A stretch of 63,476 nucleotides of DNA, the filler included, from Hyphochytrium catenoides (Eukaryota; Protista; Hyphochytriomycota): assembly GCA_900088475.1 (NCBI GenBank). It is 5 parts of 5 records of this genome, joined end to end, with 100 filler letters (N's around TTAATTAATTAA, not from the genome) between each part and the next. Parts side by side here need not be neighbours in the genome. Positions count along the whole stretch, not along the records: positions 19,380 to 43,756 come from FLMG01003846.1; positions 43,857 to 46,402 come from FLMG01001127.1; positions 46,503 to 61,288 come from FLMG01000905.1; 2 more parts are not named here. One strand, given 5' to 3'. Made by a program: the position numbers and the translations under genes. Positions within the stretch are counted from its first letter, which is position 1. Every line of letters begins with the position of its first letter. The notes under the pieces were generated by a model. It was not told the DNA's origin. It made no database searches and saw nothing but the letters and a program-made list of their open reading frames with translations. This document shows positions 37,773 to 50,100 of this stretch, piece by piece.

Positions 37773-38815
37773 TCAATCACTCCAAATCCACCCTCGAAGG
37801 GCGGTTAAGAGAGAGAAGAAGAGATTGATGATGTCCAGGTAGAGGCTAATGGCCCCATAGATATAGTCATCCTCCCCTACGATTGTGTCACATGTGCGGC
37901 AGTGCATCTGATAAGCAAACGATTGTAAAGTCATATCTTGGCCATGCTCTTACCTGAGCGATTGATAATAGCCCATGTGTCGTAAATAATATAAGCAGAG
38001 AAGAGCAACGAGCCCAAAATTCCGTACCACATCCCTGTTTGCCATCCCAGCAAGGAGTAGACGAGGCCCCAGCCAACCAAAAGAAAGAGGGAGCAAGAGA
38101 GCCCCATGCCCAGAAAGGAGAAGTCACGTCTTGAGGTAAGAGTGTACGCTGTAAGACTCTGGAGCAAGAGCATTCAGCTAATCGGACGAACAGCAGCGTA
38201 AACCACTTCACCTACCACAAAGACTATGAGTGTGATTCCTGCAGCTTCCGCCAACAAAGCTATCATCCCTGCCGAGGCATAAGCAGCGCCAATGGTTCCT
38301 ATAGTGTACGCCTCAAGGAACGTCCAGGCACACAACAAGTAGGCGTTGTATGGGTAGGTTTGACTGTAGAAGAACATAGCTATCAACAGCAAGAGACTCA
38401 ACACCATCCCTTGGCGTGGAGTTGAGAAGGTTAAGTCAGACTCTAAGGATCAGAGTTGGCCATCATGAAAGCAAGACCTACCTAGAATCGCGAAGCTGGG
38501 GTGCTGAAGAACGAAATGTCTCGCTGGTTCGACGATAACGAAGAAGGCACATACTCCCGCTGTAAGAAGAAGCTGGTGGTACGGAAAGGGGTCAGCTCGT
38601 AAAGAAACAGAATGTGACTAAGGAATCGCCGCTACCTGGAGGCTAAGTATGCTATATAGCTTCCTAAGATACGCTTTTAAAGACATTTGCTCTGTCAACC
38701 GCCAGTATTCTTGAGGCAAGAAGAACGAGTTCTGGTTGTCCCCGCTTTCCCGACCATAGCCATCCTCAATGCTGCCGTACTTGACGTCATCTCTGCGCTT
38801 CACTGGGTCATCCAT
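37773..38815 (-). CDS. Bax inhibitor-1 / TMBIM (LFG/GAAP-like) membrane protein, multi-exon
   Basis: YLRKLYSILSLQ|LLLTAGV, YPYNAYLLCAWTFLEAYTIG, DFSFLG, FSAYIIYDT, DYIYGAISLYLDIINLF. Both aspartates of the TMBIM di-Asp motif are present; short GT-AG introns. Confidence 0.92.
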
Positions 38816-38954
38816 AGCTGCAGTTGAGCCGCAAAGCTTTGGCTGGCGACAGCTGCCACCGTAATCAGTGCCTGGCCTCTCTACGAAATGCGCCAAGTCT
38901 CGTTCGCGCTGCAACGAAAAGCTTCCCACCTATCCTCGACTACCGGACAGAGCC

Positions 38955-39053
38955 ATGGTCTTTCATTGGGAGTGGATTGTGTTCCTTTCCATCTTCTGCG
39001 CGTTCTGCGCGTCCATCTACCTGAAGCAGGAAGCTGGCTACACATTGAGCTAA
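38955..39053 (+). CDS. Possible 32-aa single-pass membrane microprotein
   Basis: gccATGG context, MVFHWEWIVFLSIFCAFCASIYLKQEAGYTLS*, divergent from the TMBIM gene. No homology recognised. Confidence 0.25.
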   Translation: MVFHWEWIVFLSIFCAFCASIYLKQEAGYTLS

Positions 39054-39720
39054 GGCCCTACTACGATGCCTTCTTTGGTAACCTAAAGAAATCTTCCATA
39101 ACCAAAAACCTCTTGGACATTTGAAGGCAAATCACCGCTCCACTACACTATTTCTCTGTCTCTTCCATTTTATCTCTCGTGTCGCGCTCTGTCACGTCGG
39201 TGTGAGGGACATCACTGTATATATGTACTAAATTGAGAAGCAATGCTTAGATCTTCCCTCACTCTTTCGAACAACAAAATATCTAGCGGATGAGTTAGGG
39301 GTGTCTGCCTTTCCTTTGTAGAAAGACTTCCTGAGACAAGAACACGCTCAACTGCACTGGAATCTTCTCTCTCCCTTCCTACTTGCTCTAGTAGTTGCGC
39401 CCAATACCTCTTCACGTGATCGTGACCTCAACATCACCAGCCTCTCTTACTGCCTTCATATCATAATCTCCTTCCTGCTTCCAAGTTGAACCTTCATCAG
39501 TGCTCTATATCATCTCGCTACCTTTACGGGCTGCCTAGGACCGTTCTGTCATACTGCTTTGAGACGGAGCCGTGTTTCTTATACGTGGCTCCAAACCCAA
39601 GAAGCACCGTTTTTCTTTCCGTCATCAGACAGTCCTGCTTGCATTGTTACGCTGAAGTCAGCCCTCACAGGCGTGCTAAGTGCCAGTCCATCCCTGAGGG
39701 TTCTCTTTACGGAGGAGTTT

Positions 39721-40578
39721 ATGTAAGTGGCCGCGGATGATTTACTTCTGCATGCAAGAACTAAGAGCACCTGCCGTAGGGAGAGCAAGTTCAGCTACTT
39801 GCTGGAGGTAAGATTCCCTCAGCTTAACTCTCACCTACGGAGGATACTAAGCTCGCTTGGTAGAATTGCAATGTCGTTGTTAAGCAAGAGCAGACGGAGC
39901 AGGGCGCTGTTCTAACTTATACGGTTCCCCAAGTTCCCCGAACGGTACTCTAGGTCCTCTGTTCGCCTCATTCTCAGCATCAGCATCAAACCCTTCTCCG
40001 TCACTCAACTGCAGCCTCCGCTGCGGCATGACTTCACCGTCGAGCGCAAGCTAGTAAGAAGCCACCAAGACGGATTGAACGTGGCGCCCGTCAACCAAGG
40101 GCCGGTAAGGCAACAGTTGCCTGAGTCGTCGGGATCATGTCAGGTAGTGTGATATCCCTTACAATGGGTAATAAGGAGAACTGCAGAAGCTCAATACCTT
40201 TCCAAGGTTCTGAGACGAGGGCTGAGCGCGGTAGAAGACGATATGCGTCAAGCTATCGAGAACTCACTCAGAGAGGAAGATCCCTCTCTAAGGTAGGTTG
40301 GCTTACATTTAGCTACACTTTCGTGTTCTATCCTTGCAATGAAACACCCAAGCTAACCTTAGACCAACCTATATGAGCAGAGATAGCTTTGAGACCAAGG
40401 TCCAAAGCCTTACAGACATGGGCTTTATGAGGGTAAGGCAGCTCCCCCACAATGTTAATCATTTTTGGTAGTTAACCTCAGCGGGCTAACTCTATCCCAG
40501 GATGACAGCGAGAAAGCTTTATGCAAGAACAAGAACAATATTGAAGCCGCGGTACAGGCATTACTGGGTGCATCCTAG
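39721..40578 (+). CDS. Small ubiquitin-binding protein: UMA-like N-terminus, UIM-like helix, C-terminal UBA (UBAP1-like)
   Basis: Exons read (M)ESKFSYLLE|NCNVVVKQE...VPQVPRT|PPLRHDFTVERKLV...VEDDMRQAIENSLREED...FETKVQSLTDMGFMR|DDSEKALCKNKNNIEAAVQALLGAS*. MGF and NNIEAAV mark the UBA domain. Confidence 0.7.
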
Positions 40579-40999
40579 AGGTCGGCGCAGCCGATGTTGC
40601 CACGCACTCTTTCATCGAAGCATGACCTCCATCGAACTCTCCGTTGCATGGCACTGCTCGGAGTCTCGCCGATTTCTGTGACGGCGATGACTTCGTAAGG
40701 TTTTATTGTTAGCAACAGAGAAGCTGAAAATCCCTGCGGGCTAGTTCTGGGTTGCCTATATTTAACTTCTGTAGTGGGCTATGTACCAGCCGGGTGGTGG
40801 GGCAGGCCTTCCGAATTGTTCCCTCTTGCTCTTGGGCTGATGGAGGCATTGAACTTCAAGCTATTTTCCAATATTCATCTGTCTTCACGGCTGGCTTACC
40901 GGGGTGATGAAAGCCAACACCCTTGAACTAGTACTAAGGCGATGCTAACTGAAGCACAGTGACAGCAGCCGGACGATGGGAGAGCACTCAGAGATGCAA

Positions 41000-42329
41000 T
41001 GACAGAGTACATCCACCGCCACTGAGCGGCAAAGGAATGATAATATATTGTTCGACATTGACGATGAGGCTCTTCCGCGAAGCAGGGATCATCTGCATTC
41101 CCACCCTAGTCGCTGTCTAGACCAAGGCAACATCAAAAGAGTAGAGTCTAAATCCTTGATCCCGCGTGCCTGGCGTTACAAGCTGGACCAGGTCAAGAAC
41201 CAGATATCCTTTTACGGATGGTTCTCTACTGCCGTCTGTAGTAGGAACTAGTACGTGGGAAAGAGAAGTAGTGGTGTCCTTCTCTAGTTCCTATTGCTGG
41301 CTGTACCAGAGGTCGGTAGATCTACAAAAGCAACCGCTGTCTCTTCACTTGGTCAACACCACAACACCACAGTAACTTAAGAACAGCACATCCAAAGCTT
41401 CCCCAGGAGCTGAGTCTTCGTCCGTACTGTACAGCAAGAGACGAGTAAGAGACAGATCACAAGGTTGTGGGATGCGTGGCGGTGCTTGATGAGAAAGTCA
41501 AGAAACGATGCGTAGAATGACAAGAGAGCTTCCTTTGCTTGCCTGAACAGGTCAAACTACTAGCTGCAGAAGAAGGCGTCCGTCCTCTGTTCCATTGACA
41601 CCGTCATTAAGCCCTGGTAAGCGATTCCAGATATCTGACAGTCATCATTCGACTAAGGACACAGACTAGTGAGGTGTACTGCTCCTGCTATACTGTTGGC
41701 CGTTTATCGCAGTGGGCGCTAATAGTGCGTGACGGTAGAGTCAAGAACAATAAGTCGGAAAGAGGTGGAAGGGCTTGCGTTGAGTCATTTGAAGCCGAAT
41801 GTAAGAGGCCGTATCTGATCACAGAGAACTGGCAACTTAGCTGACAATAGCTAAATCCAGGTCATCAGGGGAGTTTATGAAACAAGTGCTGCAGGTGCGT
41901 AACCTAGTTGGCAGTCTGCCTCACGGTGACCTCTACCTCTACTCAGGATATAGAAGTAGATCTTACACTGTCTTTATGCATAGAGTTGTAAGGTGAAGCT
42001 TGGAGCAGGCCTTGGTGCTGCAACCTTCGAGCTCCCAGCGTCGGTGAACGTGCCATCCACGGTACACTTCTAGTGGCACAATAGACTAACCGAGCTAGAG
42101 TCTGACGATCCTACATGTGGTGGCTAGCCCTCTCTGAACTACAACTTTGTGGTAGAGAGACGGGTTCTGCAGGAAGCTAAAGTTGAGAAGAAGCCCAACT
42201 CTGGCAGCCCCGCCTCTTTCCGCCAGCAGGAATCTGCTGCGAACCTTTTTGGCTCTGGACCCCTTCCTGTCGCACAGCCTGTGGACCAGAGGTTTGTCAA
42301 AATCCAGATTCGACCTGGATTCATATAAC
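41000..42329 (+). CDS. Probable multi-exon hypothetical gene (structure unresolved)
   Basis: Several short GT-AG intron-like segments and a plausible last exon EAKVEKKPNSGSPASFRQQESAANLFGSGPLPVAQPVDQRFVKIQIRPGFI*. Confidence 0.3.
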
Positions 42330-42840
42330 TAATTGCTGCTTTGCAGGAGCCGTGGGCCGGAATGGGAGGCGAAGCTTCGTCAACTGAGTGACATGGGATT
42401 CTATCCAAGGGTACGGAAGAGTTGTAACAGCTTTTTGGCCATCCCTTTCTTCAGTCGCTTTCCCCCAGCTTTACATCTGTTAGGCTCACATGTATAAAAT
42501 GTGCGCGCCTTCCTCAGTTCATGCCCCTCACGCTTGGTCAGCGTTCACTACCACCTGCCTTCATTTCGCTTTGTTTGCGCTGAGGCGTGTCTTCATGTTA
42601 TCTTTTAGCTTCATCTTCTCTTCCGTCATCTATAAAACATCACTGATACTTTCCTGTTATCTGTGTGTTCTACTAGAGTTCCTGCGAGGCTGCCCTCATA
42701 AAGACGGGCGGAAATGTTGAACAAGCTGTAGACGTGTTATCCAAGAGCTAGTAGTCTCCTACTTTATATATACATGGACACACTGTTGGACGAGCGCATG
42801 GGGGCCCTGGGCAATTCTTTGTGGTCCTGTGGGCTGCCCA

Positions 42841-43206
42841 CTACATTGCTTGGCTTTGATAGTACACTGCAACAATGAGACCTGAGAAGATTGTGGTCAA
42901 TAGTAAACCTATAGTGATCAAGGCCTGAAAGATCATTGACTCTGGTTCCTGAAACTTCTTTCGCTCTCGAGAAAAGAGCTTGGGCTCTACGGTGACCCAT
43001 GGTGTTCCTGCATAAAAGGCTTAGATTGGAAAGGGCGGAGATAAATAACTCTACCTACCAACTCCTATGCTAACTGCCTCCTCTTCGCTCTCTAAAAGTG
43101 GTGCTGAAAGATAGTCATCCTCCTCCAATTCCCCTATCCGCCGGTATCCCGTGACGTCAGCTATCCGTTCCAGGAGCGTCCGAGACTTCTTTCGTTGCCG
43201 CCCCAT
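42841..43206 (-). CDS. Small tail-anchored membrane protein (2 exons)
   Basis: MGRQRKKSRTLLERIADVTGYRRIGELEEDDYLSAPLL...GV|GTPWVTVEPKLF...MIFQALITIGLLLTTIFSGLIVAVYYQSQAM*. The GTAGGT...ATGCAG intron keeps the frame; there is one C-terminal TM helix. Confidence 0.6.
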
Positions 43207-43756
43207 GACGCTGTTTTCTCGCAGTCTAAAAGTTTGTCCGGCTCGTAGATCGCCCACCCAGGCACTGCAATGACGGTAATCGCGTGATACTGTCACGAAC
43301 GGCAAGAAGATCAGCCAGTCCCTTCTGCGTTCCAATAAGTTTGGCTTAAGTCAAGCAGAAGGCGCGTACTAGAAGAGAGATTATGTCTGAAAGGGTCTAT
43401 TTCTCGTTTTCCCGAGGCCCGTCATAATAGGAGAGCTTCAACCAGTGTTCGTCGCTGCGTAACCCATATCAAGCTGCCGCCTGTACGCTTCAGTCGGACT
43501 GTCCGTAACTAGTGCTCCAAAGCATCCACAACTGAAGGTCGCACGGAGAGTATTCAAAGCTTAGGTTCTAGTCGGGTCTACGGGAATCGATGTTAGCCTG
43601 GTAATGGTACTCCTTGGGCCTGTCTGAGAAAGCTGGAGGCAGCGATGGATCGAGAAGAATGTTGTTGATGCGAGAACAGGCACCAGCGCGACCTTCAATG
43701 CCAAGCTCCTCCTGGAAGCTTCTTCATCGGGCATCACACTCTGCAGCAGGAGTTTT

Positions 43757-43856
43757 NNNNNNNNNNNNNNNNNNNNNNNNNNNNNNNNNNNNNNNNNNNN
43801 TTAATTAATTAANNNNNNNNNNNNNNNNNNNNNNNNNNNNNNNNNNNNNNNNNNNN
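43757..43856. other. Artificial contig linker
   Basis: N44-TTAATTAATTAA-N44. Confidence 0.97.
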
Positions 43857-44859
43857 CTTTGATGTCTCTCTTTTTCTCTCTTTCTTTTTTCTTCTATGCT
43901 TATGCATGCTTGCATTTCTTTTCTCGCCGGGATAGAAATAGTTAGCGCTGTAAATAAACCTACCTGCTGATATTTCAGGGCTAGCCCACGCGATGGCGTC
44001 ATGATTCACAAACGCCCAACACTCCTGTCAACGGCTATAAATAAGCTCATCAGTGCGAGCGAATAAGCACTTTCCGGAGGTTGAAGCGCAGATGGATTCA
44101 AGGGTCGTACCTCTAAAAGATGTATCTTTCGTAAGCTCGTAAACAAAATGCATGTTGAGTTTCTTTTATATCTAATGCCCAAAGAAAGTCCCCCAAACTA
44201 CACTGAGCATGTCAATCTATGACTCTATAGAACTATGACTGCTCTTCTTTGAGACCCACGATCGCGCATTAGCACCAGAGAAAAGTTGACCTCACAATTC
44301 AGCTGCTGACATTACAGCGGAGCCGCACGGCAGAACTTGGCACGTGGCTGGCTTGTAAATTGTCTGGGAATTATTAGACTGGCCCAGGATCATGGGATAC
44401 CTCAAAGTGCTAAGTTTGGAGCTCAAAATGTACTGATAGGCCTCTCTTTATTAACCAGTATCCCTTCCTTCGGCCTCTCAGTACTAAAATTGGATTTTGA
44501 GAAGCTTCGGATTCAATTCCGCCGCCTCTTCTACTTTCTAAATTGCCCTTCCTCGCCCCAACCTGATTGAGCAGGTCGAAACTTCGGAATTCATCTTAAT
44601 TCCTGTCGCTAGAACTCTACTTCTTACTCTTTCTAATATTTTCTATCTAAATGCTAGAAGAAGAAGAAAGAAGAGGAAGAAAGGAGGAGACGAGAAGAGG
44701 TCAAGGGCTATGAGGTCTTGGTCTCTTCATCAACACGCTCCCGTTCACCACCACAATCATTATTGTCACAGAAGGAAGAAGCATAAATAGTAGATTTGGA
44801 AGAGATGAAACGTGCATCTTCATCACTCTAAACCAGACAACTTAGCGAAGGGTCCAGAC

Positions 44860-45170
44860 GCTGAAGTGGAATACGCTTCACAATCTGAAGCGCAGTTTCT
44901 TCACGGAATATAGCCAACGAGACTCTGGTATGAAGGCGTAAAGCCATTGCCAGGCAGGACCAATGACCATGATGCCGAGAAGCACCAGGAGCAGAGCAAT
45001 CACATTGAAGCTTCACAAGTAGTTCCACACCAACAGTCAGTCAAGGACACAAGGCATACCTCCTCCCATGGACTTGCTAACTAGCGGGACAAACTGCCGC
45101 CCTACAGCCTGCCAAGGAACCTCGTACTTCTTCAACTTCGTTTTTTCACCAGCGGCCTTGATAGCCGGCA
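44860..45170 (-). mobile_element. 3' fragment of a non-LTR retrotransposon with restriction-like endonuclease (CRE-like), degenerate
   Basis: AIKAAGEKTKLKKYEVPWQAVGRQFVPLVSKSMGG followed by LHTRVSLAIFRETALQI matches the RLE C-terminal pattern E..K..KY...G..F.PL..E..G...R+S.A+.R.NA..I. Confidence 0.6.
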
Positions 45171-46402
45171 TGGACTGCTGCATAATAAAAAGAAGGGTTC
45201 TGATTGCAGATAGATTTCTTAGCCAGTCCATAGTGCTTACAGGTACAGAGTACAGTGCGGTGAGCTGAAAGGACATCCGTGTTGCTGTTGCTGTTGCCTG
45301 TGTCCGTCTCGGCCATCCGCTCCCTCTTTTTGCAATCAGTTGCAGGTATCTTCCACTCTAACACGCTCTGTTTATCTGCTTTCAGCAGAAGTGTCATTGA
45401 GTCCTCCTTATAGACGTATATCTCTTGACTTCTCTGTCTTTGACCAAGCCATCAACGTTTTTCCTCCTTTCTCTATCTTCAGAACAAACTCGTCCCAGAG
45501 GGGTGGGTAGCCCCATGATCTTTTCGTTGGGTGGGGGGCAAAAGGCTTGAGATCAAGTCTTGTGTAAAAAACTGGACCTTTGATCCTCCCTCACCCATTC
45601 GTATTTACCCTTGCCCAGGAATGTCATTCTTCTTTCAAAAGGAAACCCTGAACGTAATCCGCAACATCTGAACAGAGGTCGTGATTCGTTCCACTTTCTC
45701 TCAATGCCGACGTCAAATTCCGAATAGGACAACACCTAACCGCAGACTCCGAATATAGTGCGCTTCTATGAAGTAGGTTACAGAAAATAGTAGTTTGTGC
45801 TTTGAAGTGAAAGGCCCTTTACAAGTACTCTTCAAAACCGCAACCGGTTATAAGAGAACTGTCCAAGTCAAGGATACTCAGAGACCTGTGCCAATTTGGG
45901 GTTGGCTTGCGACGTGTCTCGAAGAAGAACCGGTAAGAGTTAGGTTTTCGGTTGTTATCAACGACAATGGGGCGGCAACTACCTAAAGAAGCGCCTCCTA
46001 CTGTCCTAGCCTTCCATCTTCAAACACTTGACAGAGAAGAGGACGAGAAAAAGGAGGGAACAAGAGATACAGCATAGGCACGATACAGAGTGAAGGAAAC
46101 CCGCAGACAGAGACCCCTAGTATGGGGTATGGAGTAGGGATTCTGGATCCCTCGAGGTGTACTTTTCCGGGTGAGAGAGACATACAACGAGACAGGACAT
46201 TGAGAGACAGAGAGAGAGACAGCCGAGAGTCAGAAGGTTTGAAAGCAACAGAGAGACAGCCAGAATAGAATAGGAGACAGGGATTGAAACAGAGAGAAAG
46301 ACAGAGAGAGAGAGTGTGTGAAAGAGAAAGAGAGAGGGAGGGAATGATAGCAAGAGAAGCAGGAGGAGATAGAGAGAGAAGAGGGAGAGAGAGAGAGAGA
46401 GA

Positions 46403-46502
46403 NNNNNNNNNNNNNNNNNNNNNNNNNNNNNNNNNNNNNNNNNNNNTTAATTAATTAANNNNNNNNNNNNNNNNNNNNNNNNNNNNNNNNNNNNNNNNNN
46501 NN
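46403..46502. other. Artificial contig linker
   Basis: N44-TTAATTAATTAA-N44. Confidence 0.97.
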
Positions 46503-48309
46503 CGGGGCGGGGCGGCGCTGGGAGTGTGAGAAGGGAGGAGAGGAGGGAGAGGTTACGTTGGGCGGCCTGTATCATGCAATGCTGGCTGCCCTTGACCTGA
46601 AAGTAACCCCGAAATGTTTCATATTTCAGGGGCCCAATGTCTGTAGTACTTACTGTCTCGGAATATTTCCATAGCTTCACGTCACCGGAACCTTATCCTG
46701 GGATACGCCGCACGGCCCTCGAACAGCACACCTACGACAACAGCAGCAGATTGCTGGAGGAGAGTAGAGGAGTGAGGATGGAGGCTGCTGGTGCTCCTCC
46801 TTCTTCTTCTTCCTTTCCTCCTGCCTCCTCCTCCTCCTGCAGTTCGTTGTTTACTAGTCTTCTTCTCTGTCCTCCTGACCTGCTGCTCCCTCCTCCTGCG
46901 CCTGTTCGCGGCAGCAGCAGCAGCAAGCGTCCTCTTCCTCCTGCTCCTCCTCCTCCAGCAGCCAGCAGCACGCTTATTGATGACTTGCCACCTCCTCCCC
47001 ACTCCGTCCTCCTCCCTGGCTGGTCATTAGTAGTACCCCCACCATCTTTCCACCTCCTTCACTTCTTTCTGGGATGATCCATCATCATCATCATCGAGCA
47101 TCATTATTGCAGCAGCAGCATCAGTGGCATGCAGCAGCAGTAGGAGGAGGTCCTCCTGGCTCATCAGTTATTAAAGCCATGATGCTAAAGTATCTATCTG
47201 CTCCTGTCAGTACTACACGTTCGTCGCAGGCAGCAGCATCCTCACCACTGCCGTCGTCTCATAATAAGTCGGGCTAATGTCTTTCCTTCCCATCATCATG
47301 ATCCTCTAAAAGGAGTTCGTTCTCAGGAGTTCACATTTTTACTTCAAAAATAATACTACCCTTATCTAGATTGATATCTCATCTCTCTGCTTTCGCACAC
47401 AGCAGGGAGGTGAGGAGGAGGAGGAGGAGGAGGAGTGGTAGCGGCAGCAGCGTTGCATTACCTACTACTACGTCGTCCGCGCATGCCAACTGCCTCCTTC
47501 TTCGCAATCATCCATCCTCTTTCTTCTTTACTTCAACCTCTTCTCGTCGTACGTCGTCTTCTGTTCTATCTTCTCTCTTCTCTATCATAGTCGTTCGATG
47601 ATGCGCGCGGGGGGCCCACTAAGATGATAATATTAGTACAGACCCAAAAAACGAGTGGTACTAGTGCTAGTGCTCTCTCTGGTTGGCGTCAACAAGATAG
47701 AATGGTCCACGTCACTACTTTCACCACCACCATCACTAGAGGATAGACAGCGGAGGGTCGACTACTATAATGATCTCCTCCAGAAGGTTTCGTGCCGCGA
47801 CGGAACTCGGTCGCTCCTTACTTTCTCAAGAAGAAGTGTAAGGTTCCACCTAACACGCCGGTCCTCTACAGGCGACAACGGAGTCGCATTCTAGCATCTC
47901 GGGGCAAAAATGCAGCCGCTCAAAAGGGAGGCGAGAAATATGGAACTCCTAAGCTAATAGCCCTAGGAACTAAAGAAGTCTAGAGCTACTACTAGTCCAT
48001 CTGAAGAAGAAGAAAGGAACAGAAACATATAATCTAGACCGCCAAAGTCCCAGAGCGCCGTACCGCACAATAGTCGGAAGGGGGAGCAGAGGCCAGACGT
48101 TACAACGGGCGGAGCGGATGAGAGGCAACAATAATGCGAGCGAGAGGCTCGATTGATCATCTGGCAATTGAACCGTCGTTTTTGCAAACCAAGGTCAGCA
48201 GTAGTAGCCAGTAATCAAAGATTTTTTGGCTATCATTCTCTTTTAAGTCTAAACGTGCAAAACCGGCACATGCTATGTTGCGGTGACCTCGCACTCCATA
48301 AATTTTCAT

Positions 48310-48425
48310 CAGTAGCTTTTCTAACTAGGCTTCGTCGCCTAGCTTAGGGCTCGCCACCAGAAGTAAATAGTGCGCAATCCAGCCTTCGGCTGCATTATTA
48401 GTCGAAGATGCTTGGATCATTCAGT
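48310..48425 (-). repeat. Diverged 3'-end copy of the hairpin-rich non-autonomous repeat family
   Basis: agcttttctaactaggcttcg...agggctcgcc...aatccagccttcggctgcattattagtcgaagatgcttggatca matches 59268-59365. Confidence 0.75.
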
Positions 48426-49140
48426 AGTGGCGTCTGTTATTAAACAGGATTTCTTCTGTCGTTACTATTAGACACAACACTAGAACTACTATCTCTACCA
48501 CCACTCAATCATTCGCCCTTCTTCCTGCAATAGTAGCTAAGAGTTCGTTCGCCCCAACCTACCTACTGCTCAAGAAAGAAAAAATATACAGACACACCGC
48601 GCTGTTCCCACAAGTATGGCAAAAGCTATGAGAACGAAATATGCCAAAACAAATAGAGACTGACCAAAAAAGCTCGGGCCAATATCACAAAGAAGAAATT
48701 TTACTTGAGAGAAAAGAGAACTAACAGCAGTAGGCAGGTAGGAAGTATTATTAGCAACAAGCAGCAGCAGCAGCAGCAGGCAAGCAGCAGTAGTCAGTAG
48801 TGGTGGTGGTGATGGTGGTGATGAAGAAGAATCAATCATCGGGATTTATTAGCTCTAACTTTGTCCCTGCTACTCATAGAAGAAGACCGCTCCGTCCCTA
48901 GACTTCCTGCTTTGAAGCTGCAAGCCTCCTTCTTCCTCGCTGCTCACTTACCCCACCCAGCGCCATCATCGATCCCACCATTCGGCTGCCGCGGCGCACA
49001 GCAGCAGCAGCGTCCAATTCCCCACAATTCCTCCACATGATGTAGGCCCTTTAGACCATCTCTGTCTCTGCCTCTCTCTCTCTTGCTCGCTCTTTCTTTC
49101 TTTCTTTCTTTCTTCCTTTCCTCATAGGCGTCTACCCAGC

Positions 49141-49766
49141 TCGCACCAAGAAGAAGAAGTGGCAGAAGGCTACGTCGTGCAACACCTTGTTCAAGTTCCC
49201 AACTTTTGCCAAAATTGCCAACTTCGAGCTTTTCAAACTTTGGCATGTACGTCCTAATGAGCAGCCTGTATTTCCACCTCTTCCTCCACAAGGCTACGTA
49301 CTGCTACCTCCAGCAAAGCATAACATTGAAGTGAAGGTTAGCGAACGACAGCACGGCTTCAACTTAGCCATCTTCCAGCACCTTATCACAAGAGTTGCCT
49401 TTGCCTCTCCTAAGGTCGCCAGCTACGACCGCTACCTAGGTTGCTCCATGAAGTTTTTCGGGAGTAAGGGCAACAGCAGGATTGATGACGTGCTGGAAGA
49501 TGGTTATTTTGAAGGCTTGCTGCCGTTCGCTTGGCAAAAGCAGGACTGATAACGTGCTGGAAGATGGCTATTTTGAAGGCGTGCTGTCTTTCGCTTAGCT
49601 TCACTTCAATGTTATCCTTCTTTATGGAGGTAGCAGTACGTAGCCCTGTGGAAGAGGTGGAAGTACAGGCTTCAGGACGTACATCGCAAAGTTTGTCAAG
49701 CACGAAGTTGGGAACTTTGGCAAGATGTTGCACGACGTAGCCTTTTGCCACTTCTTCTTGGTGCGA
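49141..49766. repeat. Imperfect inverted repeat (~250-bp arms)
   Basis: tcgcaccaagaagaagaagtggcagaaggctacgtcgtgcaac (49141...) is the reverse complement of gttgcacgacgtagccttttgccacttcttcttggtgcga (...49766). Similarity continues inward to about 49390/49545. Confidence 0.88.
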
Positions 49767-49899
49767 CCCGATTCTGCTTGGTTTCTGAGGACGCCTACAT
49801 GATGCTCTTTATTTGTCCCCATTCCCAACTCCTAGGGTGTCACGGTAGATGTTGGAGACTTATCATCTTAATTGGCATGCCTGTTGATCTCTTTATGAG

Positions 49900-50100
49900 A
49901 AGAAGTGATTGGAGGTATTTTCTTCCTTTCTCGTACCTGAAAAGACTTTCAAGGAAAGGCTCGTTCGGTCGCATAGTCGGGTAGGTGACTAAGAGATGAT
50001 ATCGAGTACTCTCCCCTCGTAGACCTGATCTCTGCTCCCATTGAAAGACTTGGGGTCTTCTGGTAGGCGGGGTCTGGTGAATGACATAGCGACCGAGCTG
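49900..50100 (-). mobile_element. Possible Ty3/gypsy gag remnant
   Basis: Minus frame RPRLPEDPKSFNGSRSGLRG resembles the P..P..F.G.R motif at the start of retrotransposon gag. Confidence 0.35.

Noticed and set aside
46637-47601. Pro/Ser/Gln-rich ORFs
   Set aside because: Trinucleotide (CCT/CAG/CAT) low-complexity sequence with no domain evidence.
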